This document shows, piece by piece, positions 1-8,523 of a stretch of DNA of 64,000 nucleotides. The stretch is from Acidimicrobiia bacterium (GTDB lineage Bacteria > Actinomycetota > Acidimicrobiia > Spongiisociales > JAENVV01), in contig JBFGJH010000012.1 of assembly GCA_041577335.1 (NCBI GenBank), forward strand, positions 1-64,000. Reading direction: 5' to 3'. The notes below the pieces were generated by a model. The model did not search any database. It was given only the letters and a program-made list of their open reading frames with translations, and was not told the DNA's origin. The translations under genes were made by a program, and so were the position numbers. Each line of letters opens with the position of its first letter. Within the stretch, counting starts at the first letter, position 1.

Positions 1-51
1 GCGGCGCCGCGAGTCGCTGAGGGTCGAGATCGTTCGTAAGCTGTACGTCCG

Positions 52-124
52 GCCCTCGTAGCTCAGGGGATAGAGCAACTGCCTCCTAAGCAGTAGGTCG
101 CAGGTTCGAATCCTGCCGAGGGCG
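52..124 (+). tRNA. tRNA-Arg (anticodon CCT), CCA not encoded
   Basis: Cloverleaf: acceptor GCCCTCG/CGAGGGC, D-arm TAGCTCAGGGGATAGAGC, anticodon stem ACTGC-CTCCTAA-GCAGT, T-loop GGTTCGAATCC; TAAGCT -10 at 37-42. Confidence 0.97.
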
Positions 125-154
125 CTTCTTCAGGCCAGAGGCCTGAAGAAGTTT
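125..154 (+). terminator. Probable intrinsic terminator of the tRNA
   Basis: Perfect 11-bp stem CTTCTTCAGGC-cagag-GCCTGAAGAAG followed by TTT. Confidence 0.7.
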
Positions 155-252
155 GAGTTTCGCTTGCGAAACTCGTGCTTGCGGGGCTCGCCCCGGGTCA
201 GGCCAGAGGCCGCAAGAGGTTCGAGTTTCGCCATGCGAAACTTGTGCTGGCG
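130..252. repeat. Two imperfect direct copies of a ~54-bp hairpin-containing unit (period 68 bp)
   Basis: 130-183 TCAGGCCAGAGGCCTGAAGAAGTTTGAGTTTCGCTTGCGAAACTCGTGCTTGCG vs 198-252 TCAGGCCAGAGGCCGCAAGAGGTTCGAGTTTCGCCATGCGAAACTTGTGCTGGCG. Confidence 0.85.
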
Positions 253-320
253 CCGCTGCTGCCACGGACGGGAGGCAGTCCGGCGCAGTCGGAAACCCCG
301 TGGAGGGTCCATTGGTCGCA

Positions 321-923
321 ATGTCCAAAGTCCAGGAGCAGTACCGGCAAGGGGTCGCCGGGTTTGTGCGCGTCGCTGACGGCCTCGACGATGACGGGTG
401 GGCACGCCCGGCCTGTGGGAAGTGGACTGCCACCGAGCTGGCACGGCACGTGCTCGCCGTTGCGCAGTGGTACGACCTTTGGCTGGACCGGGCTCTCGCC
501 GGCGAGACGGCCCAGCCGTTCCTCAGCGACGACATCGACGAACGCAACGACGCTGAACTCGAACGCCTCACCGATCTGAGCGGCCCCGACGCCGTAGCCC
601 GGTTCGAGGAGGCCGCCCTGCGCTACCTCGAGCGGACTACTAAACACTGGGATCACATCTACCCCTACCCCTATGGGGTTGTTACCACCGGCCTGCACTG
701 TGGGTTGGCCGCCTCCGAATGGCACATTCACGCCTGGGACCTGGCGACGGCAGCAGGCACGGCCTACGAACCCATCAATCCGGCGGGGTTGTTTCGCGCT
801 GCGGCCGCGGCTGAAAGTGCTCGGCGCGGCGGGAGTCAGGGACTCGTGGTGAAGATGTTGGCTCCGGTTGGAGCACGCCTTCGTCCCTGGGAAGAAATGC
901 TCAAGTGGTCGGGGAGGGGTTGA
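321..923 (+). CDS. MDMPI/DinB-superfamily (mycothiol-dependent maleylpyruvate isomerase N-terminal domain) protein
   Basis: W.RP.CGKWTATELARH and EWHIHAWDLA motifs. Confidence 0.8.
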   Translation: MSKVQEQYRQGVAGFVRVADGLDDDGWARPACGKWTATELARHVLAVAQWYDLWLDRALAGETAQPFLSDDIDERNDAELERLTDLSGPDAVARFEEAALRYLERTTKHWDHIYPYPYGVVTTGLHCGLAASEWHIHAWDLATAAGTAYEPINPAGLFRAAAAAESARRGGSQGLVVKMLAPVGARLRPWEEMLKWSGRG

Positions 924-925
924 CC

Positions 926-2104
926 TCATTCGAGCGGCGGTGGGTGCCATTCGAGGATTGTCCGGTCTGGTCTTCTGAAGGTCGGTTGGTGGCCGGGTCC
1001 TTGGACCGAGAATCCGTGTTCGTGAACCAGTGAGTGGTGGTACCGACAAAGGAGGATGAGATTCTCCATCGATGTCGATCCGCCATGTTTCCAGTGTTCG
1101 ATGTGATGTCCCTCAGTCCACCAGGGTGGCCGTTGGCATCCGGGGAACCGGCAATGGCGATCTCGGGCTATGAGGGCTCGTTTCATGGCGGGGGAGATGA
1201 TTCTGACTGCTCGGCCATGGTCGAGAATGCGGGAGTCGGGGCCGTGGAGGATGCGTTCGATCTGTGCGTCGCACAGGGTGCGGTCGATCGACGACTGGGA
1301 GAGGAGGTGGCCGCGGCTGGTGGTGGCGAAGTCGAAGTCCGGGACCCGCTGCTTGTGGTCGAGGTGGACGAGGACGGTGGATGAAGGTGCGGTGGAATAG
1401 CCGAGGACCAAATCGACCAGGGTGTCGGCTCTTCGCTGGGGAGCCGATCGGTCTCCGTCGGGTGGCGGCACCGCTGCCTCCAGCTTTTCCAACAGTTTCG
1501 AGCCGGTGTCAGGGTCGAGGAGGCCGTCGAGTTTGACCATCCCCTCGAACGTCTGGGAGACATGCAGGTAGCGGGCGGCTCGCTGCGACACCAGGTCGAC
1601 CGGAGGCGGGTCGGCGACAGCTTGCTGCCAGTAGTCGCAGGCAGTTCTCAGGTCGGCCACCCAGCCCAGGTTTCGGGCTGCCCCCACCAGTGTCTGCTCG
1701 TAGGCGGGAAACTCGTCGGGCAGGGCGTTCCTGACCCGGATCAACTCGGCCGCCTGATCAGTCGACAGGCCACCAGTCGTATACGCCTTCGCCGTGTCCG
1801 GCATCTCGGCCAACGCCCGGGCCTCGATGACGAGCCGTCTGGCTCGGCCTCGCCGCATGCGGGCCCGATGGGTCAGCCAGGCAGTAGTGGAGGCGTAGCC
1901 GTCGGCCTGCCAGGGCCTGTCGGTGTCGCAGCGGGCCAACACCCCTGCCGCCTGAGCTTCGAGTCGGTCGATCTCCGCCCGGAGATTCAAATACTCGCTC
2001 CCGACCGACTCGATGGGTGCTGGCCCCTCAGCCGCCCCCTTGGTTGCCCTTCCGGGTTCCCGCTTGATTGTCGTCTTCGTCGCGCCCTGCAACGAATCGA
2101 ACAT
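926..2104 (-). CDS. DUF222 + HNH endonuclease (REP13E12-like)
   Basis: W..DGY.ST.AWL N-terminus, QRRADTLVDL, RALIARDRHCRFPGC...EGHHIEHW.HGG.T...NL.LLCRYHH HNH motif; start MFDS chosen from promoter geometry. Confidence 0.92.
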   Translation of the reverse strand: MFDSLQGATKTTIKREPGRATKGAAEGPAPIESVGSEYLNLRAEIDRLEAQAAGVLARCDTDRPWQADGYASTTAWLTHRARMRRGRARRLVIEARALAEMPDTAKAYTTGGLSTDQAAELIRVRNALPDEFPAYEQTLVGAARNLGWVADLRTACDYWQQAVADPPPVDLVSQRAARYLHVSQTFEGMVKLDGLLDPDTGSKLLEKLEAAVPPPDGDRSAPQRRADTLVDLVLGYSTAPSSTVLVHLDHKQRVPDFDFATTSRGHLLSQSSIDRTLCDAQIERILHGPDSRILDHGRAVRIISPAMKRALIARDRHCRFPGCQRPPWWTEGHHIEHWKHGGSTSMENLILLCRYHHSLVHEHGFSVQGPGHQPTFRRPDRTILEWHPPPLE

Positions 2105-2112
2105 ACGTTCGA
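2097..2112. promoter_or_regulatory. Actinobacterial LexA (SOS) box overlapping the HNH start codon
   Basis: TCGAAC-ATAC-GTTCGA, a perfect TCGAAC-N4-GTTCGA match; sits under promoter TTGACA(2140-2135)-17-CATTAT(2117-2112). Confidence 0.85.
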
Positions 2113-2291
2113 TAATGGCACATCGAGCGAGCGCTGTCAAGGCCCTTCTCGAGCTGCCAGACCGTTGCCCGCATCAGGCAGTCTGCAGGGCGGGCGGTCC
2201 ACGTATATCCGCCGCAGGCTCTTCACACGCCGAAGGGTCGCCCTCGGCCTCGCAGGCGATGGATATCATTCACCCAAGAGGACCGATCAGG

Positions 2292-2504
2292 ATGAAGAGA
2301 GCGTTTCTCGTTGTCGGCCTGAGCGCCGTGCTCGGTGCCCTCGCCGGTGCATTCGCAGGGCTGATGATTGCTGTCAACGTCTTCGGGGCAAGTTATGAAG
2401 GCGTGCAGAACTCCGAAGAACCCGCTGCAGTTCTCGTCCAAATCGCATTGATCGCAATCGGTGCCCTCGCGGGAGCCTTCTTTGCTTGGAGGCTGCGGAA
2501 GTAG
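2292..2504 (+). CDS. Small two-TM membrane protein
   Basis: 70 aa, two hydrophobic Gly/Ala-rich helices, basic C-terminus, AGGA upstream. Confidence 0.6.
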   Translation: MKRAFLVVGLSAVLGALAGAFAGLMIAVNVFGASYEGVQNSEEPAAVLVQIALIAIGALAGAFFAWRLRK

Positions 2505-2573
2505 AACAGAACCTCGCGCCACGCACGGCAGTCTGGACACGACCCGCCGAGGACGTCTGCGTCCCCTTTCCCA

Positions 2574-5183
2574 TCAGTCCCAATCGACCCCGACGAACTG
2601 TTGAGCGGTTTCGTAGATCTCCTCGATCGCTTCCACCTCGAAGTCGTAGCGGTGCAGCGTGTCGTGTCCGCCGGCTTCGAGCTGGGCCTCGATCAGCTCG
2701 TTCTTCCAGTCGTTGAAGTCGGCAGGATCGGGAGGCAGATAGGCATGGCCGAGGTCGTCGTACCAGCGGTAGGGGACCTCGAAGTAGTCGGAGCCCTGCA
2801 GCTCGATGAAGAGGAGGTTGGCTTCCGAGATGTCTTCGTGGATGGCGTTGACCTGCTCCAGAAGCACCTTCTTGCCGTTGTCGGTCGGCAGGAAGCCGTC
2901 TCGCAACCAGCCGATCCCTTGTGAAGCAATCCTCGACGCCGCCCATTTGGTCACCGGCTTGCCAACAAAGAACCCGATGCCACCGGTTCCATAACTGAGC
3001 GCGGCGCTGGTGGCGATGCTGGTGATCGTGCGGTACATCTTGTTGGTCTTGTCTCGGGCCTCGGCCGTAGCGAGCTCGCCGTCGAACTCCGCATCCAGGT
3101 AGACGCCCATGAGCCCACCAAAATCGTCACTCCATTGCTCAAACGATCGGGGATCGGTGGGGTCATACAGCGACAGGGTCTGGAAGGCGATCCAGTTGGT
3201 GACATTGGCCTCGAGCAGATCGACGCCGCCGCCGCCAACAATGACATCGAGCAGGGCGTCGAACGCCTGGTCCTGAGCGTTTTCGTCGAGTCCCAAGGAC
3301 GCCAGGACATCGTTCAGAGGGATTGGGTCGAGGTCACGGTGATAGCCGTTGAAGCTGTTCCCGTTGTTGAAGGGGACGACGGCTCCGAGGTGCGGTGCCA
3401 GCATGGTTGTCAGGCCGTCGGCAACTCCCTTCTGAGTTCCGTCGACTTGCGAGGTGGTGAGCACCACCTGAGCCAGCAGGTCCGTGAACCGCCCGCCCGT
3501 GTCCTCGCCCGCGGCGGCCACTCCAACGTGCACGAGGACTTCACCCACCGCAGCGCCTTCGGTGTTCAGGTACTCGACCTCGGGGTCGATGAGCAGTCGG
3601 AGCTGGTCGTTGCCGGCGAGCGTCTCCACCATTCGCAATGACGCCGCCGGATCTTCGGCCACCCTTTCGAGAATCATCAGTCGGGGGTCGAACGGCCACG
3701 GGTCGCCGAGCTCCATGAGCGATGGTGTGTCGAAGCCGGCGATGCCATACAGGCGATCGCGGTCGCCGTTGCCCACCATGAACGCACCTGCCTCGGCGAG
3801 ATAGCCGCTCGTGAAGTTGCCGAACCGGAAGAGGTTGGCCGGCAGGTATCCGCCTGGTATCTGGTTCATGAGCTCAGACCCGGAGAAGCTGAGGTGGCCG
3901 GCCCGCTGGGCGTCGGCCAAGGCAATCGAGATTCTCCTCAGCGTGTCGACGCCTTCGCCGTACTCGTAGTGGAACTGCTCGATGATGGCCCAGGGGAGGT
4001 TGGCTGTCCCGTCGGGGCCGTACTGGTTGAAGAACGCTCCGGCGGCCGCCGCATCAACTCGTCCGAGCGCATCGGCGATCGCCACCGCACCGGCTGAGTC
4101 GCCGTCGATGGTCGAGGCGATGAGCGTCTCGGCAAACACTGCATCACCGGTCGAGCCACGAACCAGATCGAAGCCGGCGATCCACGCCGAAAGGTCGCCG
4201 ATCGAAGGAACAATCTGTCGGCGCACGTCGTCGACGTGGGCAGCCGCGTCTTCAATGGCCTCCTCGAGGACGAGCGAGTCGAGGAGTCGGTTCTCGCCAA
4301 GCTCAGCAGGGATCTCGTTGTCGGCCAGCCAGTAGAGGTGGGCGAGTGCGGACTCCAGCTTGCTGACCTCGGCTTGAGCATCCTCCACCAGGGCGGTGCG
4401 TTCCAGGTAGGCGGGATCGAACAACAACGGCGACAGGCCCACCTCGCCGGGCGTCATACCCTCTCTCATGGCGGCGACCGCAGCTCGGAAGTCATCGGCC
4501 GTCACTCCTAGTTCGATCTGCAAAGTTTCAACCTCAACTTGAACTTGATGGTAGAGCGCGCTGATTGCTTCAGTTCCACCGTGAGGGATGCTCTCCAGAC
4601 TCTGCATGGTGGCGATTGCCTGCCGGAGCGACTCCGCCTTGGAGGCCGTGAGGTCGGCCAGCTCAGCCTTTTTCTCGGTAATGAGCACAGCCACGTTCAC
4701 GTAGCCGGAGATGGCCTCGAGCTCGGCGATCTCCTGTTCGATCTGGGCGAGAGGTGTGGCGGCCCGCGCGGCCGCCGAAGACTCCATTGCCCGCTTGGTG
4801 GCGATCAGCTCGTCGAGAATCGGGTCGTTGTCGCTGCCTGCCCAGTTGTCGATTCGATAGCCGAGGTCGTCGATCAGCAGTCGCGCGTCCTGAAGCGAAG
4901 AGCCCACCAACGTGTCATATGTCGTCGGGTTCCACGAAGGAGCCGTGGCGACCATCTCGATGGGCTGGAAACGCTCCACGAACGAAGCCCGGTACTCGAG
5001 GTCGAGCGCTCTCGTCCGCAGGCTGGAGACCACCCCCGACAAGGCCGCGTTGCTACCTGATGACTTGCCGATCATCGCCAGCGCCTGGCTGATCTCCGAC
5101 CGGGTGGAGTCGAGGTTGTTGGCGATGGTTCGCAGGCTGCCTGCCCGTGTTCGCAACGCTCCAGGGTCGATCGTGATCGCCAT
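2574..5183 (-). CDS. Large hypothetical protein with WXG100-like N-terminus, coiled coils and C-terminal hydrophobic hairpin (possible type VII secretion substrate)
   Basis: ~870-aa ORF; starts MAITIDPGALRTRAGSL; leaderless promoter TTGCCA-18-TATCAT-6-ATG. Confidence 0.55.
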   Translation of the reverse strand: MAITIDPGALRTRAGSLRTIANNLDSTRSEISQALAMIGKSSGSNAALSGVVSSLRTRALDLEYRASFVERFQPIEMVATAPSWNPTTYDTLVGSSLQDARLLIDDLGYRIDNWAGSDNDPILDELIATKRAMESSAAARAATPLAQIEQEIAELEAISGYVNVAVLITEKKAELADLTASKAESLRQAIATMQSLESIPHGGTEAISALYHQVQVEVETLQIELGVTADDFRAAVAAMREGMTPGEVGLSPLLFDPAYLERTALVEDAQAEVSKLESALAHLYWLADNEIPAELGENRLLDSLVLEEAIEDAAAHVDDVRRQIVPSIGDLSAWIAGFDLVRGSTGDAVFAETLIASTIDGDSAGAVAIADALGRVDAAAAGAFFNQYGPDGTANLPWAIIEQFHYEYGEGVDTLRRISIALADAQRAGHLSFSGSELMNQIPGGYLPANLFRFGNFTSGYLAEAGAFMVGNGDRDRLYGIAGFDTPSLMELGDPWPFDPRLMILERVAEDPAASLRMVETLAGNDQLRLLIDPEVEYLNTEGAAVGEVLVHVGVAAAGEDTGGRFTDLLAQVVLTTSQVDGTQKGVADGLTTMLAPHLGAVVPFNNGNSFNGYHRDLDPIPLNDVLASLGLDENAQDQAFDALLDVIVGGGGVDLLEANVTNWIAFQTLSLYDPTDPRSFEQWSDDFGGLMGVYLDAEFDGELATAEARDKTNKMYRTITSIATSAALSYGTGGIGFFVGKPVTKWAASRIASQGIGWLRDGFLPTDNGKKVLLEQVNAIHEDISEANLLFIELQGSDYFEVPYRWYDDLGHAYLPPDPADFNDWKNELIEAQLEAGGHDTLHRYDFEVEAIEEIYETAQQFVGVDWD

Positions 5184-5234
5184 AGAGCAATGATAACTAT
5201 CGCTAAACCACTTTGGCAAGCAAAAATGAAGTGG

Positions 5235-5888
5235 CTAGGCGGTGACGAACAACCGCTGCGAGGCAAACGGGCCGATTCCGACCGCATCCCCGTTGACCTT
5301 CACGGTGAGAGCTCCATGCGGATCGGATTGCACGAGCTCGACTTCGGCGTCTGGTCGCAGTCCCGATTCGTCGAGGAAACGCATCATGTCGGCATCCAGC
5401 TCGAGCTCTTCGGAGATCCGCTCGAGCCGCTGCACTTCGCCTGCCGTCATGTCCGCCATGGGCTTCATCAGCGGCGGCTTGTAACCCGCGCCAGGGATCG
5501 GGTTGCCGTGCGGGCAGGTCTTGGGATCGTCCATTACCGCCCACATGGCCTCTTCGACGTCGTCGGAAATCGTCGTCTCCCACACTTCGGCCTCGGCGTG
5601 AACCTTGGCCCAGGGCAGCTTCAATACCTCGGAGAGGAACCGTTCGGCCAACCTGTGCCGGCGCACGACCACACTGGCCAGGTGGCGCCCTTCTTCGGTG
5701 AGACGGATTTCTCCTTCGGTGGTCACGAGCCCCTCCTCGGCCATGCGATGCACCATCTCCGAGACGCTCGCTCGGCTGACTCCCAGCCAATCGGCGATCC
5801 GTGCCTGGATCACCGGGATGCCCTCCTCCTCGATCTCCCAGATCGCCTCGACGTATTCGCGGTATCGAACCGAGTAGGTGGTGTCCAT
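5235..5888 (-). CDS. DtxR/IdeR/MntR-family metal-dependent regulator with C-terminal FeoA/SH3 domain
   Basis: wHTH QARIADWLGVSRASVSEMV, RRHRLAERFL, CPHGNPIPG. Confidence 0.92.
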   Translation of the reverse strand: MDTTYSVRYREYVEAIWEIEEEGIPVIQARIADWLGVSRASVSEMVHRMAEEGLVTTEGEIRLTEEGRHLASVVVRRHRLAERFLSEVLKLPWAKVHAEAEVWETTISDDVEEAMWAVMDDPKTCPHGNPIPGAGYKPPLMKPMADMTAGEVQRLERISEELELDADMMRFLDESGLRPDAEVELVQSDPHGALTVKVNGDAVGIGPFASQRLFVTA

Positions 5889-5920
5889 TGCGTCATCGTA
5901 CCTTTCGGATTGGCGAGTCG

Positions 5921-7468
5921 TCAGGAAGCCGCCGGCCGCAAAACGAGCAGCCACGTGAGGATTCCCGACAGCAGTATCAGCGCCAGGGAGGCGGCGCCGA
6001 CGTCGGCGAGGAAGCCGTCTTCGGCAGCGTGCCAGATTCGAGTGGCGAGCGTGTCGAAACCTATGGGAGCCAACAGCAGCGTCGCCGGAAGCTCCTTGAG
6101 CACCGACAGCATCACCAGCCCCGCACCCGCCGCCAGGCCCGGTGCCATCAGCGGCAGCTCGATGGTGAAGAAGCGGCGGGCCGGGCCCGCCCCGAGCGTT
6201 CCTGCTGCCTCGGTGACGTTGCGCGACATGGAGTCGAGGGCCACGGTGCTCGCCCGCATCGACTGAGCGCCGAAATGGAGGACATAGGCGAGGATCAGCA
6301 ATGGGAAGGTCTGGTATAGGGAAAAGAGAAAACCGGGAGCGCGTAGCGCGAAAAAAGCAATGGCGAGAGCGACGACGAGGCCGGGGAGGGCAAAGACGCT
6401 GGATACCACTGCGGGCACCCGCCCGGACACCGGGCCGGGCGATCGCACGGCCGAATAGGCAACCGGAAGGGTCACCAACACGGCCGCAACGGCCGCCACC
6501 ACGCCGGCCACGGTGGATCCAACGGCCGGCCCGGACAGCTCGGTGATCGAGGCGACCACGTCGGCTACGTCTTGACGGCCGGCGATCGGCCCGCGCAGCC
6601 ACCACACCAAGAACACCACGACGGGCGCGAGAAAGGCAACCGACACCACCGCAACGACGGCAAAGCCGGCCAACGGGCGCCAGCGCCGAAGCGAGTGGAT
6701 TCTCGGGGGCTGCGAATCGGCGGTCGCCACGGCGCGGCCGCTGAGGAGCGGCTCGGCACTGGAAACGAGGAGTGCCACCACTGCCAGCAACAGGCCCAGG
6801 GTGATCGCCACCGATGGCGCAAACAGCTGCGACGAGAAGATGGCACGGGTGAGGGTGTCATATCGCATCAGGGAGACAGCACCGAAGTCGCTCAAGGCGT
6901 ACAGCATGACGAGCATCGCCCCGGCGGCGATTGCGCCGCGTGCTTGCGGCAGGGTGACCCGCATCAGCGCCTGGCGACGGCTGTCGCCGAGGCTTCGCGC
7001 CACCTCCTCCAGGCTCGGTGGGGTAGCGGCTAGGCGGGCGGCAACGGGCAAGTAGACGTAGGGATAGCTCAGGGCAACGAGGGCTATCCATGCACCGACA
7101 AAACCATTGGGGCGAGGGACCGCTTCAACCAGTCCGCCCGGCCCGAACGCCGCCCGTAGGGCAGCCGCCCCTACAAACGAGGGGATCACGAGGGGAAGGG
7201 CGGCGGCTACCCGCCAGAAGCGTCGGCCCGGGACGTCGGTCCGGACGACGAGCCAGGCAATGGCGGTGCCGATGACCGCTGCTCCGGCCGCCGACGTCGT
7301 GGCTATGAGGAGGGATCGGCCCAACGGTCCGACTGCGGTAGGCGAGGTAATGATCGACCATGGCTCGTCTGCTTCGAAGACCGTGCCATAGACGAGATAC
7401 CCGAGGGGGAAGAGGAAGAGAGCCCCGATTCCAATCGATGCCCACGTAATCGCGGTCGGTCGGCGCAC
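5921..7468 (-). CDS. Fe(III) ABC transporter permease (FbpB-like)
   Basis: Duplicated permease fold, EEVARSLG and EAAGTLGA EAA loops, KELPATLLL.P.GF.TLA. Confidence 0.9.
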   Translation of the reverse strand: MRRPTAITWASIGIGALFLFPLGYLVYGTVFEADEPWSIITSPTAVGPLGRSLLIATTSAAGAAVIGTAIAWLVVRTDVPGRRFWRVAAALPLVIPSFVGAAALRAAFGPGGLVEAVPRPNGFVGAWIALVALSYPYVYLPVAARLAATPPSLEEVARSLGDSRRQALMRVTLPQARGAIAAGAMLVMLYALSDFGAVSLMRYDTLTRAIFSSQLFAPSVAITLGLLLAVVALLVSSAEPLLSGRAVATADSQPPRIHSLRRWRPLAGFAVVAVVSVAFLAPVVVFLVWWLRGPIAGRQDVADVVASITELSGPAVGSTVAGVVAAVAAVLVTLPVAYSAVRSPGPVSGRVPAVVSSVFALPGLVVALAIAFFALRAPGFLFSLYQTFPLLILAYVLHFGAQSMRASTVALDSMSRNVTEAAGTLGAGPARRFFTIELPLMAPGLAAGAGLVMLSVLKELPATLLLAPIGFDTLATRIWHAAEDGFLADVGAASLALILLSGILTWLLVLRPAAS

Positions 7469-7471
7469 GCC

Positions 7472-8467
7472 CTACTGGCCTTCGAGGCCGCTGGCGTCGA
7501 TCAGTTCTTTGGTGCGCTCGAGCCCGCCGCCCAGGCTGTCGAAGTCGAGTGTGGCGCCGGCAACGTCTCCCAGCGGCGGCAACCCCTCCCATGCAGCAAC
7601 GCCCGAAGCCAAGGGGTACTCAAAGGTTTCCTCAGTCAAGAACTGTTGAGCAGAAGGCCCGAGGAGATACTCCAGAAGCATGTTGGCGTCCTCTTGGGTA
7701 TCGGAGGAGTCGAGGATTCCGGCGGCGGTAACAATGACCAGCCCGCCGAGGTCGTCCCCGGTGAAGTAGTGATTCTCTGAGGAGAGACCAGGGTCTTCGG
7801 CCAAAGCCCTGAAGTTGTAGTAGTGGTTCACGAGCCCCATCGGGACCTCGCCCCGAGCGACGGCCTGCACGATCGACGAGTTGTTGGCGTACTCAGGGCT
7901 GTTGTTGGCCGCCATCCCTTCCAGCCATGCGAGCGTGGCGTCATCCCCGCTCACCTGACGCATGGCCGTCACGAAGTCCTGGAACGAGCCGTTGGCAGGC
8001 GCCAGGGCGACCTGCCTCGCCAGGGCGGGATCGGTCAGATCGAAGACCGAGGTCGGAAGATCGGCGACCTCCACCAGTTCGGAGTTGTACACGAGCACGC
8101 GAACTCGTCCGGATAGCCCGATCCACTGGCCGTCGGAATTGCGGAAGCCGGGGTCGACCAGGCTGAGTGTGTCTGCCGCGATGGGCTGCAAGAGAGCCTT
8201 TTCGGCGAGGAAGCCGATTGCGCCGGGGCTTTGCGAGATGAAGACATCTGCTGGGCTTCGATCACCTTCCTGGTCGATCAACAAAGCCAGTTCGGCTGAC
8301 CCGCCGTAGCGGACCTCCACTGGTATCCCCGTGTCTTCGGTGAAGTCCTCGAGCAGCGGACCGATGAGCTCTTCGCTGCGGCCCGAGTACACGGTGAGGG
8401 TCTCCGCACCGCCCCCGCAGGCGGCCAGTAGCAGCGACGCGATCACGAGATTCAACACAAAGCGCAT
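7472..8467 (-). CDS. Fe(III) ABC substrate-binding lipoprotein (FbpA/FutA-like)
   Basis: Lipobox LAAC, LTVYSGRSE, SPADVF, GLVNHYY iron-binding tyrosines. Confidence 0.92.
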   Translation of the reverse strand: MRFVLNLVIASLLLAACGGGAETLTVYSGRSEELIGPLLEDFTEDTGIPVEVRYGGSAELALLIDQEGDRSPADVFISQSPGAIGFLAEKALLQPIAADTLSLVDPGFRNSDGQWIGLSGRVRVLVYNSELVEVADLPTSVFDLTDPALARQVALAPANGSFQDFVTAMRQVSGDDATLAWLEGMAANNSPEYANNSSIVQAVARGEVPMGLVNHYYNFRALAEDPGLSSENHYFTGDDLGGLVIVTAAGILDSSDTQEDANMLLEYLLGPSAQQFLTEETFEYPLASGVAAWEGLPPLGDVAGATLDFDSLGGGLERTKELIDASGLEGQ

Positions 8468-8523
8468 GATCGGCAAGCTAACCCCGGCACATCCCGGGCG
8501 TCAAGTTGCATTGACGCAACTCG

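Noticed and set aside
130..252. CRISPR mini-array
   Set aside because: Only two long, degenerate units with a 14-bp linker, and no cas genes
52..5183. Integrated prophage/ICE at tRNA-Arg
   Set aside because: No integrase and no second copy of the tRNA 3' end seen in the window
5188..5205. Fur/Zur box at the large-protein promoter (AATGATAACTATCGCTA)
   Set aside because: Only one half-site matches, and it is explained by the -10 element
5889..6605. Long N-terminal extensions in the ORF track (also 14951-15340, 28314-28700, 53392-54171, 43985-44200)
   Set aside because: Most overlap real genes in other frames; downstream starts have RBS or leaderless signals and fit family lengths
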